From Sminthopsis crassicaudata (lineage: Eukaryota), in NCBI RefSeq assembly GCF_048593235.1, contig NC_133617.1:396990067-397054066 (forward strand): a stretch of 64,000 nucleotides of DNA, read 5' to 3'. The notes under the pieces were generated by a model. That model searched no databases and was not told the origin of the DNA. It saw nothing but the letters and a program-made list of their open reading frames with translations. Of this stretch, positions 51,301-64,000 are shown in pieces; the stretch's first letter is position 1; each line of letters begins with the position of its first letter. Made by a program: the position numbers and the translations under genes.

Positions 51301-54300
51301 GAGATAAGGCAGGTTTTGTTTCTGTAATGTTTGTTCTGAGTTCTGAAGGAGATCCAGAACTATGCTGTTTGAATGCAGTATTATGTGTATCTTTATGTTC
51401 TGGAGACTGTGATACCACAGTCCAGGTTTGGGTCACGGCTGGAATATCTGCCACATCTAAAGATATCTGTGGCAAAACCTGTCCAAGAGGCACAGCAAGG
51501 GTTTCTTTTATTTCTGGCGACTCAGAAATGGTTCCAGCCATACCTTTAAGTTCTGGAGATAAATGAGGCAAGCTTTCATTAACTTGCATTTCATATTTCT
51601 CTACCACTTCTGCAGACACCTCAATCTGATGTGGCCTAGGTAGTACAGTCTCTCTCTCTCTGACTTCTGGAGATGATTCTGAGCCATTTCTTTCCCTTGG
51701 AGGGCTCTTAGTTATGTCTATGTGCATTGGTGAGGACTCAGGGCTACCCTGAACTGAAGGAGGTCTAGATTTATCCCTTGGTCCTGGAGATGTGTCAAAG
51801 AGACTTTGCTTAAGGGGTGAACTAGCTTTCTCTTTTGGTTCTGGAGAAGATCCAGAGCTACTGAGTCTTGGAGGAGATTTAGAGTCCATTCTGGCACATG
51901 GTGAAAACTCAGACCTGGAACTGCTTTGCTGTGGAGGTGGTGTTATAGATTTCATCTTAGGACTTGAAGATTCTGTTCTCTGTCTTGGAGTTATGGATGC
52001 CACTTCAGGACTGGGAGATATGGACCTAGACCGGCTGCCCCTAGGAGATATCTGGGATGTTCTCTTCAAAGATGGAGAAGATTCAGAGCAGGTAGGTTTT
52101 AACAATGTTCTGGATATCTCTTCAGGACTTGGTGAAAATGAATCTGACTCATGACCCAGTAGAGTTGGAGATTTTGCTTTTGGTTGTGGAGAGTTAGAGC
52201 CTGATCTACTCCTCCTTGATGGTGTTCTAGACTTCACTTTGGGACAAGGGGAGTGAGATCCAGAGTGACTTAGACTTGGTGAGGTTTTTGATTTACTCTG
52301 TGGACATGGTGAACTTGATCGAGAATGGCTTTGCCTTGGAGGAGTTTTAGATTTTGCTTTGGGACACGGTGAAGTGGACCCTGAGTGACTTTCTCTTGGT
52401 GGCGTTTTAGATTTTACTTTGGTATCAGGTGAAGATGACCGAGAATGGCTCTGGCTTGGAGGTGTTCTAGACTTCACCTTGGGACATGGAGATCTTGATT
52501 TGCTTTGCCTTGGTGGTGTTCTAGAAGTCACTCTACTAGGGCTTGGAGAAGAAGAAGCAGAATGGCTATGCCTTGGTGAAGTTCTAGATTTCAAACTAGG
52601 ACGTGGGGATGATCCAGACCTGCTACGTCTTGGAGATGTCCTAGATTTCACCTTTAGGTGGGGAGAAGAACCAGAACGACTGCGTCTCGATGGAGTCCTA
52701 GACTTTATCTCGGGTCCAGGAAAAGAACCAGAGCGGCTGCGTCTTGATTCCCCTTTGGCATGAGTAGAAGACCCAGATCTGCTTCGCCTTGGGGGTGTCC
52801 TAGATCTTGCATTTGTCATAGGACTTGATCCAGAATTCTGTTTGGGTGGAGTTCCTGATTTTCCTTTGGGGAGCGGAGAAGAACCTGACCGACTTCGTCT
52901 TGTTGGTGTCCTGGATTTCCGTTTTGGACATGGAGAAGATCCAGAACGACTTCGCCGTGGTGGAGATCTAGATTTCTGCTTTGGGGGTGATGATCCAGAC
53001 CGACTTCGCCGGGGTGTGGTCCTAGATTTAACTTGAGGACGTGGAGAAGAACCAGACCTACTTCGCCTAGGAGGAGTTCTGGATTTTGCTTTAGGACGGG
53101 GAGATGATCCTGACCGGCTTCGTCTGGGTGGTGTTCTAGATTTAAGTTTAGGACGTGGAGAAGAGCCAGAGCGGCTTCGCCTCAAGGCTAGATGAGATTT
53201 TGCTTTGGGCCTTGGTGAAGAAAGAGAACGGCTACGCCTCAAGGAAACACGAGACTTTTTCATTTCTGGACTAGAATTAGATCTGCTCCTTCTCTGGGAT
53301 GTTCTTGACTTATTTTTCCTCTCTGATGATGAGCCAGACCGGCCCCTTCTTTGTGGTGTCCTAGAATGAGATCTTCCACGTCGGACTGGGGTTCTAGTAC
53401 GCGATCTCCCTCGTCTGGCTGGGGTTCTGGAACGGGATCGTCCACGTCTTGCTGGGGTCCTAGAACGAGATCTACCTCGCCTGGCAGGGGTCCTGGAACG
53501 GGATCTGCCACCTCGTCTAGCTGGAGTCCTAGAACGAGACCTTCCACCTCGTCTAGCTGGTGTTCTGGAACGGGACCTGCCACCTCGCCTGGCTGGTGAC
53601 CTGGTGCGAGATCTCCTTCGTACTGGTGATCTGGTGCGAGATCTTCGTCTAGCAGGTGTTCTGGAACGAGACCTACCACGACGAGCTGGAGTTCTAGAAC
53701 GAGACCTCCGTCTGGCAGGTGTCCTGGAGCGAGACCTCCGTCTGACAGGTGTTCTAGAGCGAGATCTACCTCTCCGAGCTGGTGTTCTAGAGCGAGACCT
53801 TCCCCTAGTAGCTGGGGATCTAGAGCGTGATCTGCCTCGCCTTGCTGCTGACCTGGACCTTCCTCGTCTCTGAGCATTTCTGCTCCTAGACCAGCCAGGC
53901 CGTTGAGGAGACCTAGAGCGGCCACGCCTCTGAGGACTTCTAGATCGCCCCCATCGCTGTGGAGACCGTGACCTACGCCACTGTGGGGTCCTGGATCGAG
54001 AACGGCCCCTCTTGTTAGGGGTTCGGGACCGTGATCGTCCCCTTCGGGTAGTGGCAGGGCTGCGAGACCTCCCCATCCTACGGGTGGGGGTGTGAGATCT
54101 TGATTTGTCCCGTTTTGCACGTCCCCGTGACCTGCTGCTCTTGGTTGTGGGGGAAGGAGAAAGCTCCCGGCGAGGGGCAGGAGCTGGTGCAGGTTTGGGG
54201 GGACTTTCAGGTGAGGAACTGCCATGTCGGGGAGCTTTGGCTGGTTGAGGAGATGCTGGGCAGCTTTCTGAGGAAGAGGATCGGGTAGGTTTCTCAGGAG

Positions 54301-57300
54301 ACTTAGGGGGCGAGTGGCCCCGGGATGGGGAGGGTTCAGCTGAGGGCTTCACTGGTTCCTGACTCTGGGGAGTTGCTGCAGGGGGTTCCGGGGAACTGCG
54401 ATTTCGCTCAGCAAGGAGCGGGGTAGGGGCAGGTCGATCTAGGCCTGTGTTGCTCCTCTCCGGGGAGGGGCTAGTTCGGGTTGCAGATTTCTGGGATTAG
54501 AAGAAAAAGTAGGGATGGGAATGCATAAACACCAAAATTTCAGAACATGCTTTATGAAGAAACCTTTTTTTCCTACTGTCCCAAGTACCCCTAACTAGTG
54601 ATTTCTCTCCTGTAAGTTTTAACTATGTATAAAATATGAAAAAATAAAGCACATAAAAATTACATTTTAAAGTATTACTTTTATTCAATCCTAGCTCATT
54701 AGCTCTTGCTTCTTAATTTTCATCTAGTCTTGATCCCCAATAATTTTCATTTTACATGCCCAACACAAACTTAAGAACTCAAAATTTCTCATTTCTTGCA
54801 ATTGTTCCTGTATACATTTCCTAAGTACTAAAACTTCAATCATAATTTTACTTATGGACTTACCTCCCTCTTGTCTTTGTCTTTTTCTTTATCTTTGTCC
54901 TCATGAGGACTGCTGGATCGTTGGATTGGAGGTGGCAGCTCAGGGCTGTGAGTCCGCTCTGTGCTGATGGCTGCAGATTCCCTCAATGGAGCATCTCCCT
55001 CTCCATGACGACGAGAAGTAGGAGAGGAACTGCGATGAGTCAAGGTGGTTGTACGGGGTTTAGTTGCAGCACTTCTAGACCTATGTATGGAATTTGGGGA
55101 AGGGGAGAAAATGGAGAATCAGCTAGTGGGAGAAGAGAAGGCCCCCTCCCCATCTCCCTCTTCATCTACCCATAATTCTTTGACCATATTACCTATTTTA
55201 AAGTTTTTTCCTAATCTTTTCATTGTTCTAACCAATTTAAACTACATTCAAACTGGGAAAAAATTCTTCCCTGCCTTATACCAACTCCTTGTTTCCCAAT
55301 ACAATCCCTCCCTTGGACCCTGGCCATACCACCCAGGCCATACCCACCACCTGGGAATGGCTTCCCCATACCCTCCACCCATTCCACTCCCTACCCCCCA
55401 ACTCATTTCATAACTCACCTTAGAGCCCACCTCCTCCAGGAAGCCTTCCCTGTTTAAGCAGTCCAGGGTAAGGATTCCTTCCTCCCCCAGGGAATTGCTG
55501 ACAAACCACCACCCCCCCTAGCCTGGCAGTCCATATACATCAGAACAAAAAAAATAAAATAAAACAAAATAAAATAACAAAATAAAAACAACAAAAAGAG
55601 AAGGGGTATGTATATGTCNNNNNNNNNNNNNNNNNNNNNNNNNNNNNNNNNNNNNNNNNNNNNNNNNNNNNNNNNNNNNNNNNNNNNNNNNNNNNNNNNN
55701 NNNNNNNNNNNNNNNNNNNNNNNNNNNNNNNNNNNNNNNNNNNNNNNNNNCTCCCTTCCTCTTGGATCACCTCTTACCGACTGCGGGAGGTGTCAGAAGA
55801 TGAAGCAGAGTCAGCTGAGGTTGAACGATGACCCCGGCGGCTCTTTGGAGCAGGTGATGCACTTCGGGACCTGAAAGAGAAAGGAATATGAGTAGGACCA
55901 TGTTTTCTATAGTGGTACTTTGGCTCTGGACCTCTCAAATGAGTTTTCTTCCTTCCACCAACACCACCACTAGCCACAAGTGTTCTTACTTTTTTCTGTC
56001 AAGTATGAGGAACCAAATACTATTGTTCCCCAAAACTCTTTCCTCTCAGATCATCAACTCACCGTTTCCGTTTCTTGTCCTTGGATTTGCGTTTGCTCTT
56101 TGGAGTGGGTGATCTGAGAATGCAAATGGAGAAATTAATAGGAAAGCAAAAAATAAAAATGAGAACACATATCTGAAAACAGTTGACTGAAAGTCTAAAG
56201 AGTCAATGAATCTAAAGAACATAAGGGAAAATAAAGCCCTGAACATGCCCATGCCGCCACCAGTTACCCCTACAAGAAAAGGGGAGCTCTCACCTATGCT
56301 TCCGTTTCTTGGACTCAGACTCTGACCTTTAAGTAGAAACATAAAAATTAATATCTGTTTCCCAAGATTTTTTCAAGGCCCCCAATCAAATCAAATACTC
56401 AGGCTTCATACCTGTGTTTCTTCTTCTTTGAACTCTTTTTCCTCTCCCTTCGAGGAGAGCTACTCTCTGACCTGCTAAAGATGTATTCAGAAGCACAGTC
56501 ATTGGATGGGTCACACACCAATATTTTGCAATGATCTCCATTCACATTACCCCCCAAAAGATACTCTTTCAATGATTCCTAAACTACACGTACCTTTTTA
56601 ATTTTCAATAAGAAGAGACAAAGAAAAACCCCTGAAATATTTTCTTCAGGAGATAAATACAAACAGGTCTCTGATAACCTACCAATTAGCTCTAGCTGGA
56701 AAAAAACACCCATCTCTTACAGGAGAAATTCAAATACAGCTCTCTGATGCACACGGCATCAACAAACATCTTTTCCATCAGAATTGAAGGTCACTAATAA
56801 CCACACTCAAATTCACAGCAATAAACAATCCTTGATTATCCCTAAAAAGACACCTTTCCCAACATAACTCACCGGCCTCTGTCTTTCTTCTTTTTCTTCT
56901 TCTTTTGTTTTGGGGTAGGAGATCGTGAACTACTAGACTCCCGAACGAGACTAGAAAATAAAGTAAAATTGTTAACAAGGTCAGCTGCCTGGGACACTTG
57001 TATTCCAAGAGAAAAACAGCCTTTTACATCAAAAGGCAATCATTTCAGAAAAAGACATTTAAGGGAAACTAATACAGGAAACCTGGACTTAAAAGAGAAA
57101 GAAACAGACAGAAATGGAATCTGACACATCCATGTGTGAGTACCTGTAAGGTTTAGGAGGTTCTTGGGCTGGTTGCTTGGCCTCTCGAGCTCTACGCTGA
57201 GGGTCAAAGGAGCTACCATCGACATAGGAGTCACTGATACCAAAAGCAGCACGGAGCCGCTCATTCTTTTTCTCATTTAACTCTGCCAGCTGGTGAGTCT

Positions 57301-58758
57301 CAGTTACCCTGCAGAGAAAGAGAATCAGGGTCAAAGGTTGTACTGAAGCAAAGCTGGGACTGGGAGCTTAGGGAGATTGGGAACAAAGGGCAAAGGGGGA
57401 GAAAAAGCGCCACAGTGTATGCAAAAGGGAGCTAAAATAAGATAAATATAGCAATAGAAAGACTAAAGAACAAGGTACTCTTCAATATGCAAAGGATAAT
57501 ATAAGTAGAATCTTAGTAGGTATAGAAAGTAGGACCATTAGAAGACTTTGGAAAGATTACAGTGGAGTACAAAAGAAAGCAGAGATGGAAATGAAAACAA
57601 GCATAGTAGTCTAATGGCTGGAGAGATCAAAGAGGGACAAAACACTCACACAGGCCGCTGTGTGGAGGTTTCCTCCTTGCCCCCAGGGTTCACATCCTTT
57701 TCCAGCAACATGAGTCTGAAGGTTGCGACTTTCTCTTGAATCTGTTGTTCCTCGTACCTGTAGCACAAACTCCCCAGATTAGAGGTCAACATGATATCTC
57801 CCCTTGGTCCTATACCATATTCCCTTTTGTCTTCCGAAAGGATCTGAATTCCCCTCATATACACACTCTTTTTTATCCATTCACACAAACCTTTCATTCT
57901 CTGCCACCCAAAAGACCCAGGCTCTCCAATTTTCCATCTAACTATACCAGCCCTCTAACTTTCTCATCTGTGTGCTTATCCTTAATCACATTATCTTTTC
58001 ACCACCCAGCTCCAAATTTTATCTATTCTGTCCCTCTTTTCCCTTTACAATTCTGTCATGTCAGTGCTTCATTCAACCCCAGTCCCTTTCACTTTATTTT
58101 TAAATCATTCCTGCCTCTGTAGTACCTTAGCTACCCTAAGATTTGTTCCAATTCCTATCGCTTATCCCTATCTGCTTTCTTATACTGCTTTATTTAAAGC
58201 AACACGTGCCTGTCCTTCCTTTTCTCTTGTTATATTTTATCCCCCACAAATTCTTCCTAATAACAAATTAGGAAATTCTCAGTTCCCCACCCTATTTATC
58301 TTCTCTCTGCTTCCATAACAGCACAACTATTCTACCATCTTCCCAAGTTTTCACTTAACTCCTCCCATTTCTTGCTTTTTTCTATTTCCCCAACTTCTCT
58401 TTCCATCTTTTTCCAACCAATCCTAAACTTCCTGCATTTTAACTTCAATCTCACTCCCAGCTCCCTCCTACTCTTCAATCACTCAGTCCTCAGCTCTCCC
58501 CAAGCCCTCCCCTCACCCCTGCTCTTCCATCATCTCTTCCAGCTCGAGGCATCGCAGCTCCACGCGCCGCTTGCGCTCGTGGTCCAGGATGTCAGGGTTA
58601 GGCCGCTTCACCAGGGCAGCCTCTAGGCGCCGCAGTTCTTCCTCGCCCTTGTAGTCAGGCCGCTCGCCCCTCCGACCCCGCACCAGGGACAGGTTGCGCT
58701 GGACGTAGCCGTTGGTGCCGCTGCCCCGGGGCGTCGGCAGCCCGATCCCGTTGTACAT
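45314..58758 (-). CDS. SRRM2: Serine/arginine repetitive matrix protein 2 (SRm300), 2836 aa, 14 coding exons
   Basis: Coding exons (minus strand): 58758-58517, 57757-57650, 57308-57144, 56950-56873, 56471-56412, 56326-56294, 56113-56063, 55870-55778, 55080-54864, 54490-47553, 46657-46367, 46092-45979, 45827-45717, 45323-45314; total 8511 nt. N-terminus MYNGIGLPTPRGSGTNGYVQRNLS and the cwf21 region are unmistakable; RS repeats follow; C-terminus RHRSSRSP*. Confidence 0.97.
46440..46575 (-). repeat. Poly-Ser coding tract, about 43 residues; (GAR)n purine mirror repeat on plus strand
   Basis: Direct read within SRRM2 exon 46657-46367. Confidence 0.92.
47000..47131. other. Assembly gap (intronic)
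   Basis: 132 N. Confidence 0.99.
47553..54490 (-). CDS. SRRM2: SRRM2 giant exon (6938 nt), RS/SP intrinsically disordered region
   Basis: Uninterrupted frame matching the 2267-aa ORF; acceptor ...ctaatcccag|AAA TCT GCA ACC, donor CTG AAA AG|gtgaga. Confidence 0.97.
49150..49750 (-). repeat. Coding 36-nt repeats (RRRSRSRT[SP]PVT)n
   Basis: Visible in the translation of the giant exon. Confidence 0.9.
53370..53900 (-). repeat. Coding 30-33-nt repeats (RSRSRTPARR[G])n
   Basis: Visible in the translation of the giant exon. Confidence 0.9.
55619..55750. other. Assembly gap (intronic)
   Basis: 132 N. Confidence 0.99.
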
Positions 58759-61700
58759 GGCCCCGTGCCCAGGGGGCACCACCGCTCCTGAAGGTGAGCG
58801 GGGAGACATGGGTCAGGCCCCTTATCCCATACTAACCACCACCCTCACAAATCCCTGTTTCTTTCTTTATAATAGACATACAAGAACCATCACCAAAGCG
58901 CTACTCTTCTGCCTTTTCCCCCCAAATCAGCCTTTCCTTGGTCCTTCTTACATCATCTCTTTTCCCCAAACTTTCATCATACTGAAACAGAATCCCCCAA
59001 CCCCCCTTTCTCTTATATTTTCAATAGATCTGATCCCCTTCCAGACTACCCATTTCTGTCCTATTCCTTCACAAGTCAGAGACTCATTCTTCTTATCTTA
59101 TCAGTCCTTGTTGCTTCTCTGGTCTCAGTACCCACAACTATCACTAACTTCAAACCTTTTGTTAGGTGATTGTGGCCTCCAGAAGAGGGCACCACATACA
59201 CAAAAGCATAAATTTCAGAGGCACAAAAACTTCCCACCTCAAGACATCAGGGGGCCTTCAAAAATGTAAGCTGAGGCCTAAACAGGGATTCACAACACAT
59301 AAGGTTATCTTTTAATAGGGCTGATGATTCTAGAAAAATCACAGACTAAACCATTATTGAGTAAACTCTAATGCTGTGTAGTCCCAGACAAGAACTAGAG
59401 GCTAACACCTGTATGAAATATAGTACTAGAATAAGTACTGTTCTTCCAGAAAATGTCAGCCTCTTACCACTAGTCATTTTCACATTCTTAGCCTTCTACT
59501 GCCTCCAATAGGACATATTTATGAAACCAAATACTTGCAATTTCTTATTCTTAATTTCCTTCACATGGAATCCTATCTATGACTTAGAAAAACATACTTT
59601 TCAAAAACCCAAAAACATTTTCCCCAAAGTACCAATGACCTTAATTTCTTTTCTATATTAATCTCATCCCTTCTTAATCAGCAGGTCATCTTTTCTCTAT
59701 TCATTCCCTCAAAATATCCCCAGTCTTTCCAGTCCCTCACTTCGAAGAGTATTTAAATCCTATAATTACTTATTCAAATCATCTACTGTCCCCTACCTTT
59801 TACTTCCCCCTCAAAGTCCTGACCTATCATACTGTTCCTTTCTCTGGCAAAATGTTCTACCACCGTTTCCCTGTCTAAAACTGTGACATTCCCCCTCCCT
59901 CACAATGTTTACCTATATACACCCTGTTCCTTTCTCCCACTTTTCCAAAATGTTCTAAAGAGAGAAAAGATCAGAAAAGAGAAATTCCTAAGTGGAAAAT
60001 GAAGGTATAGCCTCAAAAAAAAGTAAGAAGAAAAGACTAGTGGAGAAGCAAGGGAACTAAGTAAAACCATACATAATATATGCAAGAACAGAAATTTAGG
60101 AAAAACTGGGAAGAAAAAAGGTAAAGGATAATATGTATGAAAGACTATCCCAAGAGGAAGGACCTTTTCCATTAATTCTACTTACTCTGAAAAAGAGGTC
60201 TACAAGAGCCTGGGTTTTTCTTGCCCAAAGGTCTTTTTAAAAAGGACAAAAAGTAAAACCAGAGCAAAGAAAAAAGGGGCAAGCAATGGGAGAAACAAAG
60301 TAAATGAAAATAGAAGGAAACAGGAAAATCTTAAGTGAAAAGTTTCCTTAGTAGTCCAGAATCCCACCTTGTTATCTTCTCATGTCTCTTTCCTCATTCC
60401 TCAAAATCCCAAACATCCCCCCCCCCCTGTACTAAAATTTTTACTTCCTTCCCAAGATCCTGGAATGTTGTGTTTTTTCCCCTTCAAATTATTCAACCTA
60501 TTCACTCACCCACACTTCCATACCACTTCACCCAAACTCCCTTCCAATCCCCTACTGAGAGAAAATCAAGTGACTTCATTTCAGGCAACAGTGGAGACTG
60601 GGAAAGGGAAAACTGTTAGGAAGCCCTTGGGGGTGGGGGCATCTAAAGCAGTGTGTTCAGCAAAGGCTGGGAGGGTGTAAGAAAAGATGAAAGGGTCAGA
60701 GGCAGTAGGAGTATGGGGAGAGAAGAGACATGCAGGAAAAAATATGAATCTAAAGAGTCAGGAATTATGTGGGCATTTATGGAAAAAAGTAAGAAAACCA
60801 CAAAGGAAAAAAATTTCAGAAATAACAATTCAAAAGTAACAATAAACGACTAAGTGAAAGGGATCCACAAATAAAAGACTAACTAAAAGCAAAGATTATC
60901 AGAATACCATAAAGGAGGCCTGGATAAAGGACATATAAATTGGCTTTATAACTAAAGAAAAACCTGTTAAAGTTGGGAAAAGTCACTTATTTCTGACTGA
61001 TCAGAACAGTAATATGAACTTAGAAATGCCCAAAGAATCATGCTAGACAAGTAACAATTCATCTAATCCAACCCCACACTCCACACTTTATAGTTGGGGA
61101 AAACAAATGGAAAGAAGTGACTTGCTCAAGGTCATACAACTGATCACAGGAAGCAATGTTTCCCAATTCCCCACTAAGGAGACTCCTTTGTCATTCCTAT
61201 TCCCAGGGACATAATGATTCACATGAGATTATAAGCTCCTTGAGGGCAGAGACTTTTGCCTTCTTTAATATCTCTCCAGGTTTAGCACACAGCCTGGCAC
61301 ACAGTAGCTGATTATCAAAAAATATTATAAAGGGGTAATGGACAGACTACAGGAAAATCCTGAAATCAGGAGGACCTGAATCCAAACCCTCCTTAAAACA
61401 CTTAACCCCAATTGCCTAGCCAAAAAAAAAAAAGTGGCAGCCCAGATTTGGTCTAGCCAGCCACGAAAAAGAGGGAATAGATCTAATCTTCACACGTGGC
61501 TATACGGAGTACATATTTCTTTTTAACATTTCTATCAGTTCATAGCAGAGACTTTCCTGTTCAAATTTTTAAGAAACCTTTTGGGAATTCCCAGTATAAA
61601 AGGCACATCCACCAACAGCTAACCATACACGTTTTTGGCAATTTTGAGCAGAAAGGAGAGAAATCCTCTAATATGACAGATGGGGAAAATTGAGTAATAT

Positions 61701-62126
61701 TATTGGGTAAGATTAGGGACCACTAAAAAACATAAGAACAGAAAAAGGAACAAGAAGCTGACGGAGGAACTAGATAGAAAACACAATTAGCCCTGGGAAA
61801 AAGACTATATAGAGAAGGTAGTGTGGGAGGGAGTCAAGGACCTAAGGGGAGGTAGAAAGGGTTATAATTCACGGTGGATGAAACAGCTGAGTAGTAAAAA
61901 TTAGCAGGGAGGGGAGCGTCAGAGTTGGCCTACTAGAGAGTACCCAGCTCCCCCACCGGAAGGTGCAGGGGAGCAGTAATTTTTTTTCATTTTGGAAGGA
62001 AAGGGTTTGGCCACAGGTCGAGTCACAAGCATATACAGTTCTCCAATTCTCCACAACTGGCACGTGGAACGGGGGGGGGGGGGGGGGGGGGGAAGAAGCG
62101 CGCACCCTTCTCTCGAGTCTCGGTCA

Positions 62127-62127
<1 letters not shown>

Positions 62128-62179
<52 letters not shown>
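62128..62179. repeat. (CA)26 microsatellite next to a G22 run (62071-62092)
   Basis: Direct read. Confidence 0.97.
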
Positions 62180-62180
<1 letters not shown>

Positions 62181-63240
62181 CCCCTCCCCCGCGCGCGCGA
62201 GACCGCGTTCGGTTGGCGACGCGCGCCGCAGCCGAAGAGGGGGAGGGAAAAGGAGTACGCGCGCCAGGGTCAGCTACGAGGAAAGAGGGAAGTGGGAAGA
62301 AAATAGGATATTGGAAAAGAGTAAGGAAGGAATAAGCGCGAGGCAGCGAGCGCGCGTGCGCGTATGCGGCCTGGTCGGTTCTCCTCGCGCCGGGGCCACC
62401 GCGCGGCCGCCCCTCCCCCCACCGCCCGGCTCTCTCTCACCCGCTCACCCGCCGCCGCCGACTCCTCCTCCGCCTCCGCCCGCCGGGCCGGGGGGGGAGG
62501 GGGGGAATTCTTCCGCGACTGCTTTGCGGGGTCCTGAGTCCTCCGGGACCTGGAGTTGCTGCCTTGCCTTGCCTCCTCTTCTACCTTGCCACAGCCGCCA
62601 CCGCCTCCTCGCTTCCTCGGGGGCCGCAGCGGGCTCCGACTGCGCCACTCGCACCCCGCCTGGGCCGCGCTGCACGTCAGCACGACTAACAGAGGACGTC
62701 AGCACGCACGTACGTCGCGGGGATCGCCGGGAAGCGTAGTGTGAGACGCACTCTTCCTACGCTCTTTACACGGTTTCTTCGCGCAGTCGCAAGCCTCCGG
62801 TCTTTCTTTCTTTATTTAACCCCCCCCACACACACACACACACACCCCCGCAAGCTTTCGCATCGCGATGCCTTGAGGGAAGTGTAGTCCCATGAGCATG
62901 TACGTCTGCTTAATGCCGCCAGGAACTCACTGCGACTCCGTCATGCACCACGAGTTTGGGCGGGGGGTGGGGTTCGGGGAGTAAGAAAAGCAGCGGAAAT
63001 GTATTCTGGAGACTGGCCACTGGGGGAAAGAGTGTTGTATTAACGCCACATCAATAGGATGCCCATAAGGCTTTGAGAAGCCCTAAACCACAGTTCCTCG
63101 ATTCCCGAGGGAATTCTGGGAGTCGTAGTTTATCAGGGAAAGGAAACTTGTATCTTAGTATCACCCCAAGAGCAGGGATATGGGGGGGATGGGTTTTACC
63201 AATTTGTCTGTCGCCATCTTGAGAGGCGATGGCCCGACTC
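62180..63240 (-). promoter_or_regulatory. SRRM2 CpG-island promoter with ZNF143/SBS, CRE and YY1 motifs
   Basis: SBS-type ACTAC..TCCC at 62876-62890 and 63111-63130 (minus), TGACGT at 62673-62680 and 62696-62703 (minus), CGCCATCTT at 63212-63220. Confidence 0.75.
62449..62700 (-). other. SRRM2: SRRM2 non-coding exon 1 (5' end approximate)
   Basis: gtgcgagtggcgcagtcggagccc...gaggaagcgaggaggcg resembles the human SRRM2 5'UTR as recalled; donor GCGG|gtgagc at 62448; joins acceptor at 58787 (GAGCGGTGGTGCC). Confidence 0.8.
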
Positions 63241-64000
63241 TCATTGACCCTTACCCATAATTCACTTGTGTGAAATGTTTATGGGAATAGTCTAGAAACA
63301 TATCCAGGGTGGACTTGATGAAAATCATGGAAAACAAGCAGGTTTAAAACATGATTTTCTATAGCAGTCCATATAATTAGGGAAATTTCCCCAGTGGCCC
63401 ATAGAATTTAGATAAACAGCCCCCAGCTGCTAAACCCAATAGTTATCTGTATATCTTTTAGACAGCCTCGTGCAGTACATAAAATCCTCACTTTTAACAC
63501 TTGTTGTGTGACCTTGAGCGAGTCATTTCTAGTGTTAGCCTCATTCTCTAAAGTATAAAATGTGAGTGATAATACCTCCAAGCTTCCATTTAAAGTCCTA
63601 TTTTATGCCACATCAAACATCACCCTAGTTTCTCCAAAGGCACAAAGCAGTCTGGCATATCCCAATAAGACATAAAAGTGTTGAGTAAAGTATAGGTGAG
63701 TGTCCTTTGCAGACCAGTCTAGCTGCCTTCACAAACACCTGTCACATAGAAATTGATTGATTTTTGGCCACAGGAACTCTGGTAATCCATGTCTGGAATT
63801 TATTAAAAGTTATGATCTGCTTCAATAAAAACGCTATCCACACAAAATTAAAGCTCCTTGATCCTACTACAGGCATCAAAAAGCCAGTGTGAGTAATCTT
63901 AAAGTGATATTGAAATATGAGTTATTTCACAGTACAAAAACATAATGGAAGTGCTACTGTTATGTAGGAATTAATTTTTAAATATATTCCAAAGGGAGAA

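Noticed and set aside
49150-53900. Regular 30-57-nt repeats as a CRISPR-like array
   Set aside because: They are contiguous coding repeats within a vertebrate exon, with no unique spacers and no cas genes.

Overview
Marsupial genomic DNA (dasyurid-type WSINE1, MAR1/MIR, L1, L2 and L3 repeats; species not determinable), syntenic with human 16p13.3. Five multi-exon genes were reconstructed by hand from GT-AG junctions, and each CDS length is a multiple of 3. (1) A testisin/PRSS41-like serine protease (+, 4263-7558, 338 aa). (2) PRSS33 (+, 22143-26142, 306 aa). (3) An extra GPI-type trypsin-like protease (+, 32068-37489, 317 aa) between PRSS33 and ELOB. (4) ELOB (+, 39584-42049, 118 aa). (5) SRRM2 (-, CDS 58758-45314, 2836 aa, with a 6938-nt exon; non-coding exon 1 and CpG promoter near 62449-62950). 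The three proteases are co-oriented and share a 6-exon plan with a 27-nt microexon. The most unusual features are in this protease cluster. Protease 1 keeps H/D/S but has no R-IVGG activation site, has S214I/G216E at the S1 entrance, and reads past its GPI-like signal into a basic di-Cys tail. PRSS33 has a His-rich C-terminal tail. Protease 3 has no counterpart at this position in human as I recall the locus. ELOB has a splice donor overlapping its stop codon, an in-frame upstream strong-Kozak ATG and a four-site YY1 cluster. Three N gaps are present. No tRNA, rRNA or CRISPR array was found. Comparisons to human genes are from memory and need database confirmation.
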